Shown here one piece after another: positions 38,090-48,600 of a stretch of 64,000 bases of DNA. Every line of letters starts with the position of its first letter. Within the stretch, counting starts at the first letter, position 1. This DNA comes from Dehalococcoidia bacterium (lineage in GTDB: Bacteria; Chloroflexota; Dehalococcoidia; Bin125): positions 96,001-160,000 of the forward strand of contig OY820591.1 of the NCBI GenBank assembly GCA_963555985.3, in the 5' to 3' direction. The position numbers and the translations under genes were made by a program. Below the pieces are notes generated by a model. The model ran no database searches, had not been told where the DNA came from, and saw only the letters and a list, made by a program, of their open reading frames with translations.

Positions 38090-39519
38090 CCACCCGACCA
38101 AAACGACACATCAGCCCCGAGAAGAACCTGACCATGGAGCAGCGGCTCCAGCGGGTTGATGCGGAACGGGCGCGTATTGAGTCGTTCGACCGCGACCGCG
38201 AATTGCAGCCGGGTCAGCTCACGCCGCGCGAGCGGATCGCCGCGCTGGTCGACGCGGGCACGTTCCTCGAAATCGGCGCGTTCGCCAAGAGCCAGCATCG
38301 TGAGGCGGCGGCGCAGACGCCCGCCGACGGCGTGATCACGGGCTATGCCGAGATCGGCGGTCGCCGCGTCATCGTTCTGGCCGAGGATCCGGTTGCGCTG
38401 GCTCGCACCGATGCGCAGGTGGGTAAGGTCAAGCGCAACCGGATGCTCTCCAGCGCGGTCTACCGCCGCTTGCCGCTGGTCTATCTGGCCGACGGCACGC
38501 CTGAGGAGTCGCCCGAGTTCGACATGCACCGGGGCTACCTGCTCAGCCGCGTGGCGGAGCAGGCGCCCGCCCGCGACATCGCCGAGCGTGAAGCGCCGTT
38601 CGTGACGATTGCCTTCGGCCTGTGCGCTGGCCAGAACGGATCGCTGGCGGTGCGCTCCGACCTGCTGATCGCCACGCCGGCGGCGCGTCTGGGCGGACTG
38701 GGCGGCTCGCCGGAGAGCATCGCCGACCTGGTCTGCGACGACGAGTCCGGCGCGATCGCCAGCGCGCGACGGTTCCTGAGCACTGTTCCCGAAGAGCTCG
38801 ACACACCGCTAGCGCCGCTCAGCGATACGCCGGCGGCGCCGATCCGCGTCCTCGCGGAGGAGGAGCTGTCGGCGACGCCGCGCGAGCAGTTCGAAGCCAT
38901 CTTTGACTTCGAGGGAGCAGTCCTGCTCAGTCCGGCGGACGGGAACTGCTTTGTGGGTCTGGGCCGGATTAGGGGTTTTCCAGTCGCGTTCGCCTTGACC
39001 GGCGGTTCGCCTCGTCCGGCGCTCAACACAGCCGACATGAAACGGATCGCCCGCGCTGCGAGCTGGAGCGCTAACTACCAGATCCCCTTCTTCTCAACTC
39101 AGGACACGCTCGGTTACGACCCGCATGACGCAGCGACACCGGAGTTCATGCACGCCGCTGCGCGCGCGGTGGAGTCGTTGCGGGCGTCGCACGCAGCCAA
39201 GATCACGATCATCACCGGCTGGGGCTACATGCTGGGCGATTTCGCCCTGGGCGGAATGGGTACCGGCTTCGATCTGCTCTGGTGCTGGCCCTCGGGCCGG
39301 GTGGGCGTGACCGAGAGTCCGGGCTACCTGGCTCGTGATCCGGATTCGCCGCCTGCCGATGATCCCTGGTCGGCGGCGGAGCTGGGCATCGTCTCGGAGA
39401 TGCTCACGCCTGCGGATACTCGCGATTGGCTGGTGCGGGCGCTGCGGCTGATTGGTCCGGGGCGGGCGCTGCCCGCTGCCCACTACGATCGCGGCCAGCA
39501 GATCCACGACATGACCTGA
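38086..39519 (+). CDS. Divergent carboxyltransferase-like subunit
   Basis: LTPRERIAALVDAGTFLEIG, PADGVITG; ATGA overlap with the upstream gene. Confidence 0.75.
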   Translation: MTTRPKRHISPEKNLTMEQRLQRVDAERARIESFDRDRELQPGQLTPRERIAALVDAGTFLEIGAFAKSQHREAAAQTPADGVITGYAEIGGRRVIVLAEDPVALARTDAQVGKVKRNRMLSSAVYRRLPLVYLADGTPEESPEFDMHRGYLLSRVAEQAPARDIAEREAPFVTIAFGLCAGQNGSLAVRSDLLIATPAARLGGLGGSPESIADLVCDDESGAIASARRFLSTVPEELDTPLAPLSDTPAAPIRVLAEEELSATPREQFEAIFDFEGAVLLSPADGNCFVGLGRIRGFPVAFALTGGSPRPALNTADMKRIARAASWSANYQIPFFSTQDTLGYDPHDAATPEFMHAAARAVESLRASHAAKITIITGWGYMLGDFALGGMGTGFDLLWCWPSGRVGVTESPGYLARDPDSPPADDPWSAAELGIVSEMLTPADTRDWLVRALRLIGPGRALPAAHYDRGQQIHDMT

Positions 39520-39563
39520 GCCTGCCTACGAGCATCCTCCCTCAAGCAGCTTGCCTGCTTCGT

Positions 39564-40391
39564 CTACCGATCCTCAACTCCCTCAAACAGCACCTCGCGC
39601 ATGATCTTGCCGTTCCCGCGGACACGCTCGAAGTCGGCTTCGTTCAGCCGACCGCTTGGGAGTGGGGCGTGAGTGAAGTGGCCGTAGCGATCTTCTCCGC
39701 TGACGTGGGCGACCAGCGGCTTGATTCCGCTGCGCTGGGCCATGGATGGGGTGATGTAGCGCAACGCGGCACCGATCCGGCGATCGTCGCTGCCGTTCGG
39801 GTTGGAGGCGTGGAAGAGGTGTCCGTGGTGCAGCGAGACCTGCCCGGGTCTGAGCACCACGTCGACCGCATCGTCCTCGTCGACTTCGACCTCAATCTCC
39901 TGCCCGCGCGTGAGCAGATTCTGCTCCGCGTGGGTATCGAAGTGACTGACGATCGGCTCCTTGTGCGTACCCGCCACGAAGCGCATACAGCCGCTCTCAA
40001 TCGTGGCTGGTGAGAGCGCCACCCAGGCGGTGACCTCCATTTGCTGGTCAAGTCCCCAGTAGGTCAGATCCTGGTGCCAACTCACGTAATCCGGAGTGCG
40101 CGGCTCCTTGATGAAGAGTCCGCTGCCCCAGACGAGCAGATCAGGGCCGAGTACCTCGGAGACCGCCTCGATCAGACGCGGATGCCGGATCAGTTCAGCG
40201 AAGGAGGGGAGGACGTGAGCGGGGCTGCTGCGCAGCATGGCAAGCTCAGCGGGACGGTCGGCGAGTTCGGCCTCGGCAGCCTCAAAGTCGTCGCGGACGA
40301 CCCGGGCCTCCGCCTCGGTCAGGATGTCGACGGGGAAGTAGAAGCCGTCGCGCTCGTAGACGTGGGCGATCTCAGAGGTCGATGTGGTCAT
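39564..40391 (-). CDS. Phytanoyl-CoA dioxygenase (PhyH) family protein
   Basis: WHQD, TAWVAL, HAS..N..DRR. Confidence 0.9.
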   Translation of the reverse strand: MTTSTSEIAHVYERDGFYFPVDILTEAEARVVRDDFEAAEAELADRPAELAMLRSSPAHVLPSFAELIRHPRLIEAVSEVLGPDLLVWGSGLFIKEPRTPDYVSWHQDLTYWGLDQQMEVTAWVALSPATIESGCMRFVAGTHKEPIVSHFDTHAEQNLLTRGQEIEVEVDEDDAVDVVLRPGQVSLHHGHLFHASNPNGSDDRRIGAALRYITPSMAQRSGIKPLVAHVSGEDRYGHFTHAPLPSGRLNEADFERVRGNGKIMREVLFEGVEDR

Positions 40392-40485
40392 GCTGCGCGT
40401 GCTCCGCTGAACGGTGGTGAACTGCGTCTCTCAGGCGCGAGTCTACCCCGTTCCCTTTCCCTCCTCACGCATCGTGAGGAAGAGC

Positions 40486-41232
40486 CTACGGAATCCCGAT
40501 CAACTCCGTGTCCGCGCCGAACCAGATGGTCTCAGCCGTATCCACCATCGGACCGAACGCATCCGGCGTGATCGTCTCGCCGTAGCGCGTCCAGCCTGAG
40601 GGGTCGCGGAAGTAGAGCTCCGCCATGCCCGCGTAGGGCTCGTCGTCGGGATCCATGCTGTGGCTGACCACGTAGCGCAGTCCTCCGACCTGGTGCATGG
40701 TCTGCTCGACGTTGGGCGCGTGGTCATCCAGCCAGGTAGCGAAGAACTCGTCCCAGTCGACTCCTTCTTTGGCTTTGACCAGGAATGTGACCTTGAACAG
40801 GTTGCTGCGAGTCGTCGGGAAGGGCTCGTTCAGCGTCAGCGGCACGACCGGCAAATCCTCGGCCCCGTCGATCACGACGTGCTCGGTCGTCGCCCAGGGC
40901 ACGAACGGCTCGACCTTCTGGTCGAACGTGTCCCTCGGCTCGGTGAACATGGGACCGTTGGGCTTGCGCAGCGGCCGGTCGAACCAGAGCTGGGCCATGC
41001 CGTCGTAGGTTGGCCGCTGCTCCTGCTTGCCCCGCTCGCCGTTGAACAGGGTGACTAGGTACTTGCGCGCCGGCTTGCGGCCGGCCGCTTTCGCGTCCTC
41101 TTGAGCCTGGAGCACGCCGGGCATGTGGTTCTTGTACCAGTGCGCGATCATCTCGTCGCGCGTGGCGTCTTCGCGCCGCCGGATCATGAACATCATCTTT
41201 GCGCCGGGCGTCGTTGTGATGGTGTCGCTCAT
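40486..41232 (-). CDS. EthD-like protein with two domains
   Basis: HW..NH..YDGMAQLWF and W..DH..YAGMAELYF. Confidence 0.7.
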   Translation of the reverse strand: MSDTITTTPGAKMMFMIRRREDATRDEMIAHWYKNHMPGVLQAQEDAKAAGRKPARKYLVTLFNGERGKQEQRPTYDGMAQLWFDRPLRKPNGPMFTEPRDTFDQKVEPFVPWATTEHVVIDGAEDLPVVPLTLNEPFPTTRSNLFKVTFLVKAKEGVDWDEFFATWLDDHAPNVEQTMHQVGGLRYVVSHSMDPDDEPYAGMAELYFRDPSGWTRYGETITPDAFGPMVDTAETIWFGADTELIGIP

Positions 41233-41328
41233 CGTTAGCTCCTTGCGCACGGGCGAGCGCTGTTGAGTTTTGGCCGAGTCTACGCGCTGGAGCTTGCAAC
41301 CGTGCGGCCGAGCGCCCACAATCGCCAC

Positions 41329-42612
41329 ATGACTACACCAACCACCGAAGAACTGCTGGCCCGCCGCGAACGACTGCTCGGGACGGGCATCGCCACGTTC
41401 TACCAATACCCGGTCCACATCGTGCGCGGCGAAGGCGTCTGGCTCTATGACGCCGAGGGACGGCGCTACCTCGACCTCTACAACAACGTGCCCTGCGTGG
41501 GGCACGCGCACCCCCATGTGGTCGAGGCAATGCGGCGCCAGACCGAGACGCTCAACGTTCATGCGCGCTACCTGCACGAGGGCATCCTCGACTATGCGGA
41601 GCGCTTGACGGGGCTGCACGCGGACCCGATCACGACTGCGGTCTTCACCTGTAGCGGCACCGAGGCCAACGAAGTCGCGATCCTGATGGCCCGCGCCGCC
41701 ACCGAGGGACGCGGGCTGATCCACACCGACGGCGCCTACCACGGCAACTCAACCGAGGTGCGCAAGCTCTCGCGGCTGCGCGGCGAAGACGAGCGGGAGA
41801 TCCGCTCGATCCCGGTCCCACAGCACTACCGCGCGATCGCTGATGAGCTTGAAGGCGAGGCCCTGACCGACGCATACCTCGCCCGTCTGCAAGCCGAGAT
41901 CGACGGCTTCGCCGAAGACGGCGTGCCCTTCGCGGGCGTGATCTTCTGCTCGATCCTCGCCAACGAGGGTCTGCCTGACATCCCACCGAACTTCATGGCT
42001 CGCGCGGCAGACCTGGTGCATGAGGCCGGCGGGTTGTTCATCTGCGACGAGGTGCAGGCCGGCTTCGCCCGCAGCGGTCGCTGGTGGGGCTACGAGACCT
42101 CCGGCGTAGTGCCCGACATCGTCAGCATGGGCAAGCCGATGGGGAACGGCCTGCCGCTGGCGGGAGTGGTCGCCTCGCAGGAGTTGGTCAACACCTTCCG
42201 CGCCAAGACGCACTACTTCAACACGTTTGCCTCCAGTCCCTTGCAGGCCGCGGTCGGACAAGCCGTGATCGACGTGATCGAACAGGAGGGCCTGGTCGAG
42301 AGCGTCGCCTCCGTGGGCGCCTACGTGCGCGACGGATTGCGGGCCATCCAGGAGCACTGCGAGCCGATGGCCGAGGTGCGCGGACCGGGACTGTTCATCG
42401 GGGTTGAGTGGGTTAAGGATCGTCAGAGCAAAGAGCCGGATCGCACGGGCGCATACGAGATCGTCAACCGCATGAGGCAGGCAGGCTTCCTGATGGGCCA
42501 ATCCGGGGAGCACGGCAACGTGCTCAAGCTGCGGCCTCCGCTGGTCTTGCAGCGGGAACACGCCGACCTGTTCCTCGAAGCGTTCGAGACCGCCGTCGCC
42601 ACGCCCGTCTGA
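41329..42612 (+). CDS. Class III aminotransferase / phospho-lyase-like (AGXT2L type)
   Basis: YLDLYNNV..VGHAHP, SGTEANE, AYHG, DEVQAGF, MGKPMGNG. Confidence 0.9.
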   Translation: MTTPTTEELLARRERLLGTGIATFYQYPVHIVRGEGVWLYDAEGRRYLDLYNNVPCVGHAHPHVVEAMRRQTETLNVHARYLHEGILDYAERLTGLHADPITTAVFTCSGTEANEVAILMARAATEGRGLIHTDGAYHGNSTEVRKLSRLRGEDEREIRSIPVPQHYRAIADELEGEALTDAYLARLQAEIDGFAEDGVPFAGVIFCSILANEGLPDIPPNFMARAADLVHEAGGLFICDEVQAGFARSGRWWGYETSGVVPDIVSMGKPMGNGLPLAGVVASQELVNTFRAKTHYFNTFASSPLQAAVGQAVIDVIEQEGLVESVASVGAYVRDGLRAIQEHCEPMAEVRGPGLFIGVEWVKDRQSKEPDRTGAYEIVNRMRQAGFLMGQSGEHGNVLKLRPPLVLQREHADLFLEAFETAVATPV

Positions 42613-42624
42613 GCCCACATAGAA

Positions 42625-42745
42625 CTCCGTCATACCCGCGCTCCGTCGCGGAGCCTGTCTCCGTCCTGTGGGATATCTCACTGTCCAGAGCACCGCCGTC
42701 GCGCGCAGATCGAGATTGCCGCGGCGGGGCACGGCAATGACGGAG
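42625..42745 (+). repeat. Family A REP doublet
   Basis: CCGTCATACCCGCG...GAGATTGCCGCG..CGGCAATGACGG. Confidence 0.75.
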
Positions 42746-42772
42746 GGGGGCGATCTTTGTAAGGATCCGTCA

Positions 42773-43774
42773 ATGCCTGAGCCGACCAATCTCAGCGACG
42801 CTGAGCTGCGGACAATCGCGGAGCGCGCCCTGCCCTACTGGGGACTCAAGCCCGAAGCAATCGAGCTCGTCTCGCGCAGCGAGAACACCGTCTACCGGCT
42901 CGACATGCCCAGCGGCAATCGCTACGCGCTGCGCATCCACCGTCCCGGCTACCACACGCTGCCCGAGCTCGAGTCGGAGCTGCTCTGGACGCAGGCGCTC
43001 AACGACGCCGGCATCAGCGTCCCGGTCGGCGTGAGAACATTGGACGGCCCCGGCTACGCCACCATTCCCACGCCCGACGGGAAGTCGTCGCGGGCGGTTG
43101 GACTGGTCGAGTGGATCGACGGCGAAATCCTCGGCCCCTCACTGCAAGGTGAGACCGACGCAGAGCGGATCGTCCCCCACTTCGAGCAGATGGGCCGCAT
43201 CGCGGCGGCGATGAACAATCAAGCCACCGTTTGGACACCACCGGATGGATTCACGCGGCACGCCTTCGATGTGCCGGGTTACGTGGGCGAAGCGCCGTTC
43301 TGGGGCCGGTTCTGGGATATTCCCCCGGTGCAACCCGCTCAGCGCCGGATGCTCGGTCGCGCCCGCGAGCAGATCCGCGGCATCCTCAGCGACTACGGCA
43401 AGGATCGCGGCACCTATTCGATGATCCACGCCGACCTCCACCTCCACAACATCCTCGTCGCCGACGACGGCTCCCTGCACGTGATCGACTTCGACGACGC
43501 CGGTTTTGGCTGGCACCAGTACGACTTCGCCACCGCCTTGTTCGGTTACGACGATCAGCCCTACTTCGACGCCATCCAGGACGCCATGATTCGCGGCTAC
43601 CGCACCGTGAGGCCGTTCGGCGACGAAGGGGTCTCGTTGCTGCCGCTGTTCCTGCTGATCCGTCGCCTCGTCCTGATCAGCTGGCAGTGGGATCGTCCCG
43701 AACTCGGTCGGAGAGAGGGTCTGGAGGCCTACATCGCGGATGCCTGCGAGCGGGTGGAGGCGTTTGGGTTCTGA
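42773..43774 (+). CDS. APH/choline kinase-like phosphotransferase
   Basis: ALRIHR, IHADLHLHN, IDFDD. Confidence 0.88.
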   Translation: MPEPTNLSDAELRTIAERALPYWGLKPEAIELVSRSENTVYRLDMPSGNRYALRIHRPGYHTLPELESELLWTQALNDAGISVPVGVRTLDGPGYATIPTPDGKSSRAVGLVEWIDGEILGPSLQGETDAERIVPHFEQMGRIAAAMNNQATVWTPPDGFTRHAFDVPGYVGEAPFWGRFWDIPPVQPAQRRMLGRAREQIRGILSDYGKDRGTYSMIHADLHLHNILVADDGSLHVIDFDDAGFGWHQYDFATALFGYDDQPYFDAIQDAMIRGYRTVRPFGDEGVSLLPLFLLIRRLVLISWQWDRPELGRREGLEAYIADACERVEAFGF

Positions 43775-43832
43775 GGCCCGATGCACTCTGCTTCTGGCCC
43801 CCTCTCTCTAGAGACCTGCGCGTAAATCAAAG

Positions 43833-43990
43833 CTCCGTCATACCCGCGCTTGCCGCGGGTATCTCGCCGTGATCTGCACCGTCGTCGCTCACACGGCGAG
43901 ATTGCCGCGGCGGAGCGCGGCAATGACGGAATCGAGGATTTACACGCAACTCTCCCTTGAGAGAGGGAATCCCGCGCAGGAATGACGGAT
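43833..43990 (+). repeat. Family A REP doublet plus an extra unit
   Basis: CCGTCATACCCGCGCTTGCCGCGGGTATCTCG...CGAGATTGCCGCGGCGGAGCGCGGCAATGACGG. Confidence 0.82.
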
Positions 43991-44004
43991 CTGCGACGTG
44001 CTGC

Positions 44005-44033
44005 TTGACATGACCGCTGGATCTCTGTACTTT
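44005..44033 (+). promoter_or_regulatory. Sigma70-type promoter of the ArsR-SRPBCC operon
   Basis: TTGACA-17 bp-TACTTT followed by an AT-rich operator-like tract. Confidence 0.6.
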
Positions 44034-44067
44034 ACTAATAGGTTATATAATCGATTGGTGAAATACC

Positions 44068-44481
44068 GTGCCGAGCGCCAGAACCACCCGCGACCCACTC
44101 AGCGCGACCTTCGCGGCCCTCGCCGATCCGACCCGCCGCGCGATCCTGACCACGCTGGCCGACGGTGAGGCGACTGTCACCGCCCTGGCCGAGCCCTTTG
44201 ATATGACCCTGCCGGCCGTCTCCAAGCACCTCAAGGTGCTGGAGCGGGCCGGCCTGATTAAACGCAGCAGCCGCGCCCAGTGGCGTCCCTGTCGGCTCGC
44301 GCCGGAGCCGCTCAAGGACGTCTCCGACTGGGTGGAGCGCTACCGCGATCTCTGGGAACCACGCCTCGACCGTCTCGACGACTACCTCAGCGACATGCAG
44401 AGGAGCGCCGAAGCGGACGGGCGCGAGCAACCACAGCAGGATCCAGCCGAAGAACAGGAGACCGGCAATGACGACAGCTAA
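44068..44481 (+). CDS. ArsR/SmtB family transcriptional regulator
   Basis: FAALADPTRRAIL, AVSKHLKVLERAGL. Confidence 0.92.
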   Translation: MPSARTTRDPLSATFAALADPTRRAILTTLADGEATVTALAEPFDMTLPAVSKHLKVLERAGLIKRSSRAQWRPCRLAPEPLKDVSDWVERYRDLWEPRLDRLDDYLSDMQRSAEADGREQPQQDPAEEQETGNDDS

Positions 44482-44920
44482 CAGCACCATCACCGCAGAC
44501 GAGCAGGGCGTGATGATCGAGCGCATCTTCGACGCGCCGCCCGAGCTCGTCTGGCGCGCCTGGACCGAAGCCGAGCATTTTGCTCGCTGGTATGGCCCCG
44601 ACGGGTTCACCGTGCCCGAATGCGAGATCGACTTCCGCGTCGGCGGCAGCTACTCCCTCACAATGCACTCGCCCGACGGCTGGGAGGTGAAGAACACCGG
44701 CGTCTACCGCGAGATCGTCCCGAACGAGCGCTTCGTCGCCACGATGGCGGCGGACATGCACGAAGAGACTGTGCTCACGGTCGCGCTCGAAGATCTGGGC
44801 GACGGCCGCACCAAGCTGACCATGCGCCAAGACGGCTGGGCAAACGCGGACATGGCCGCCGGCGCCGGCGGGGGCTGGTCGCAGGCGCTTGAGAAGCTGG
44901 CTGCGGAGTTGGCGCGTTAG
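44468..44920 (+). CDS. SRPBCC/AHSA1 domain protein
   Basis: RIFDAPPELVWRAWT, WYGP, DFRVGG, GW..ALEKL. Confidence 0.9.
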   Translation: MTTANSTITADEQGVMIERIFDAPPELVWRAWTEAEHFARWYGPDGFTVPECEIDFRVGGSYSLTMHSPDGWEVKNTGVYREIVPNERFVATMAADMHEETVLTVALEDLGDGRTKLTMRQDGWANADMAAGAGGGWSQALEKLAAELAR

Positions 44921-44990
44921 GAGCGCCGAATCCTGCGTCGATCCGTATACGACTGGTTACGCTGCAAGCAGTCTCGGAGAGGACGGCGCG

Positions 44991-45221
44991 ATGTGCTGGA
45001 AAGACCGAATTGAGCTGAACCCCGACGTGTTGGTCGGCAAGCCGATCATCAAAGGCACGCGCATCTCGGTTGAGTTTGTCATTCAGCTGCTCGCCGACGA
45101 CCTGTCCGTCGACGACGTCCTCGAGAACTACCCCCACCTCTGCCGCGAGGATGTACTTGCCTGTCTCAGCTATGCGAGTCACTGGCTGCAAACCGAGCGC
45201 GTCTACCCGCTCAAGACATAG
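44991..45221 (+). CDS. DUF433 family antitoxin
   Basis: GKPIIKGTRISV..LENYPHL..DVLACL.YA. Confidence 0.9.
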   Translation: MCWKDRIELNPDVLVGKPIIKGTRISVEFVIQLLADDLSVDDVLENYPHLCREDVLACLSYASHWLQTERVYPLKT

Positions 45222-45227
45222 CCGCGC

Positions 45228-45590
45228 ATGAGAGTCCTCGCCGACGAAAACATCTGGCCGGGCGCCGTTGACGCGTTGCGTATGCGCGGAGACGATGTGG
45301 CCTGGGTGCTCCAGGATGCACCTGGCACGATCGACGAAGAGGTACTGGCCCGAGCGGGCAGAGAACGGCGCCTGTTGATCACAGCCGACAAAGGCTTCGG
45401 AGACTTGGTCTTCGTACGGTTGTTGCCCGCAGACCACGGCGTCATCTTGATCCGGACCGAAGGCCCGCTTGACTTTCGAACCGCTCGATTGCTTGAGACG
45501 ATCAACATGCGCGAAGACTGGAGCGGCCTGTTCGCATCGGTCGGCGACACCAGCGTACGCATACGGCCAGTACCGCCGTCGAGCGCCTGA
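45228..45590 (+). CDS. DUF5615 PIN-like toxin
   Basis: LADENI, DEEVL, LITADKGFG (KDF appears as KGF). Confidence 0.85.
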   Translation: MRVLADENIWPGAVDALRMRGDDVAWVLQDAPGTIDEEVLARAGRERRLLITADKGFGDLVFVRLLPADHGVILIRTEGPLDFRTARLLETINMREDWSGLFASVGDTSVRIRPVPPSSA

Positions 45591-45649
45591 ATCTGCGAAA
45601 CATCCCGCTCCGGAGCGCCACTATCCTGCCTCCCGACGGAGGAACTGCC

Positions 45650-48600
45650 ATGCCCATCACCAAGCTCCTGGTCGCCAATCGCGGCGAAATTGCGATCCGC
45701 ATCATCCGCGCCGCGCGCGAACTGGGGCTGGACTCCATTGCCATTCACTCGCAGGACGACGCGAGCTCGCTCCACGTGCGCCGCGCGGACGAGGCGATCG
45801 CGCTCGAAGGCGTCGGCGCGCGAGCATACCTCGATGTCGAGGCCGTAATCGATGCGGTCAAGTCCTCAGGCTGCGACGCACTCCACCCGGGCTACGGCTT
45901 CCTCGCCGAGAGCGCGGAACTGGCGCGGCGCTGTGAGCAGGAAGGCATCACCTTCGCCGGACCGACCGTCGCTTCGCTCGAACTGTTCGGCGACAAGGCG
46001 CGCGCGCGGGCGCTGGCGGCGGAGCATGACGTGCCGGTTCTACCGGGCAGCGCCGGAGCAGTTGATCTGGCCGGAGCCGCCGCATTCTTCGACTCGCTCG
46101 GCGACGGCGGCGCGATGATCATCAAAGCGATCGCTGGAGGCGGCGGCCGCGGGATGCGCATGGTCACGGCGGCCGATCAGCTTGAGGAGGCGTTCGAGCG
46201 CTGCCAATCCGAAGCCGCCGCCGCCTTCGGCAACGGAGCAGTCCTGGTCGAGCGCCTGATGACCCGCGCCCGCCACGTCGAAGTCCAGATCATCGGCGAC
46301 GGAACCGGCGCGGTCTCCCACCTCGGCGAACGCGAGTGCAGCTTGCAGCGGCGTCATCAGAAGGTCGTCGAATGGGCGCCCAGCCCGTCGATCAGCGCAG
46401 AGACGCGCGAGCGACTGACCGCCTCCGCCGTACGCATAGCGGCTGCGGCGAACTACCGCACCCTGGGCACGTTCGAGTTCCTCGTCAACGGCAATGACGA
46501 GCGCGATTTCTCCTTCATTGAGGCGAATCCGCGACTCCAAGTCGAACACACCGTGACCGAGGAGGTCACCGGCGTCGATCTGGTGCGAGCGCAGCTACGA
46601 ATCGCTGGCGGCCAAAGCCTTGCCGAGGTCGGCCTGGCCCAAGACAACGTGCCCGCCGCGCGCGGTTACGCGATCCAGGCGCGGGTCAACATGGAGCGGA
46701 TGGAGCCGAGCGGCGAGGTGCGGCCCTCGGGCGGGATGCTGACCACCTTCGAGCCGCCCTCGGGTCCGGGCGTGCGCGTGGACACCTACGGCTACCCGGG
46801 CTACACGACCAACCCCAACTTCGACTCGCTGCTGGCGAAAGTGATCGCATACTCCGCCTCGTCCGACTTCGGCGATGCCGTGACGCGGGCGCAGCGAGCG
46901 CTAGCCGAGTTCCGAATCGAGGGCGTCGAAGCCAATCTGCCCTTCCTCGAACGAGCCCTGGCTCACGGCGACTTCGCCGCAGGCGAGATCTACACCCGCT
47001 GGGTCGATGACCAGATCGCCGATCTGGCAGCGCCCGCGACATCCGGCGCGGCTTCCCAGAATGGCGCAGCCGATCTCGCCGCCGGACTGGCGGGAGCGCA
47101 ACTGGATACCCGCGATCCGCTGGCTGGACTGAATTACTTCCGCGAAGGCTCAGGTACCAGAGCGCAGCAGGCGGTCGCAACCGTCGCGCCGGGCACGCAG
47201 CCCACACCCCAGATCGCCGGACCGCCGGGCACCGAGCCGGTGCGCTCGCCCTTGCAAGGCACGATCATCCAGATTCTCGTGGAAGAGGGCGACGCAGTGC
47301 GCGAGGGTCAGCAGATGTTCGTGATGGACTCCATGAAGATGGAGCACGTGATCAACTCCGACCTGGGCGGCTACCTGCGCCAGCTCACGGTCGCAGTCGG
47401 CGATGTGGTCTATGAGGGACATCCGCTCGCCTTCATCGAAGCGGCGGACGTCGGCGATGCGATCCGCGAAGAAGTCGCCGAGATCGACCTCGACTACATC
47501 CGCCCCGACCTGCAAAAGCTGCTCGACAATCTCGCCGCCGGCAAGGACGAGAACCGCCAACCATGGGTCGAGCGCCGACACGCCAAAGGCAAGCTCACCC
47601 AGCGCGAGAGCCTGGCCGAACTGGTCGATGAGGGCAGTTGGGTCGAGCTGGGCGAACTGGTCCTGCCCGCCCGCCACCGGATCATGTCGATCGAGGAGAT
47701 GCGCGTGCGCGCTCCCGCCGACGGCATGATCACCGGCATCGGCACCGTCAACGGCAACCTCTTCGACGAACACCGCGCGACCACCCTGGTGGCGATGTAC
47801 GACGAAACGGTCTGGGCCGGCACCCAGGGGATGATGGGTCACCAGAAGACCGACCGGATCATCAAGTTCGCCGACGAGCAGGCGACGCCCCTAATCGTCT
47901 GGGCCGAGGGCGCAGGCGGACGCTCCGGCGACACCGACTTCGGCGACATCTCCGCCGCCGGTCAGTGGGTGCCGACCTACGACATGATGGCGCGGATCAG
48001 CGGCACCGTCCCGATGATCGGGATCACCGCCGGCCGCACCTTCGCCGGCAACGCCTCAATCCTCGGCATCACCGACTGCATCATCGCCACCCGCGACGCC
48101 AACATCGGCATGGGCGGCCCCGCCACAATCGAGGGCGGCGGTCTCGGTCTGTTCACGCCCGAAGAGATCGGCCCGATGTCCGATCTCGGCCCCGCCGGCA
48201 GCGTCGACATCCTCGTCGACGATGAGCACGAAGCCATCGCCGCCGCCAAGCAGTACCTCTCCTACTTCCAGGGCTCGATCCCAAGCTGGGACTGCGTCGA
48301 CCAACGCCTCCTGCGCCACGCCATCCCCGAAAACCGCAAGCGACCCTTCAGCGTGCGCAAGGTGATCGAGCAGATGGCGGACATCGACTCCGTACTGGAG
48401 TTACGCGCCGAATTCGGCGTCGGCATCATCACCTCGCTGATCCGGATCGAGGGCCACCCGATCGGCGTGATCGCGAACAACAACGAGCACCTCGGCGGCG
48501 CGGTCGACAGCCCCGGCGCGGACAAGCTCTGCCGCTTCGCCCAGCTCTGCGACTGCTTCAACATCCCCATCCTCGTCCTGGTCGACACGACCGGCATGAT

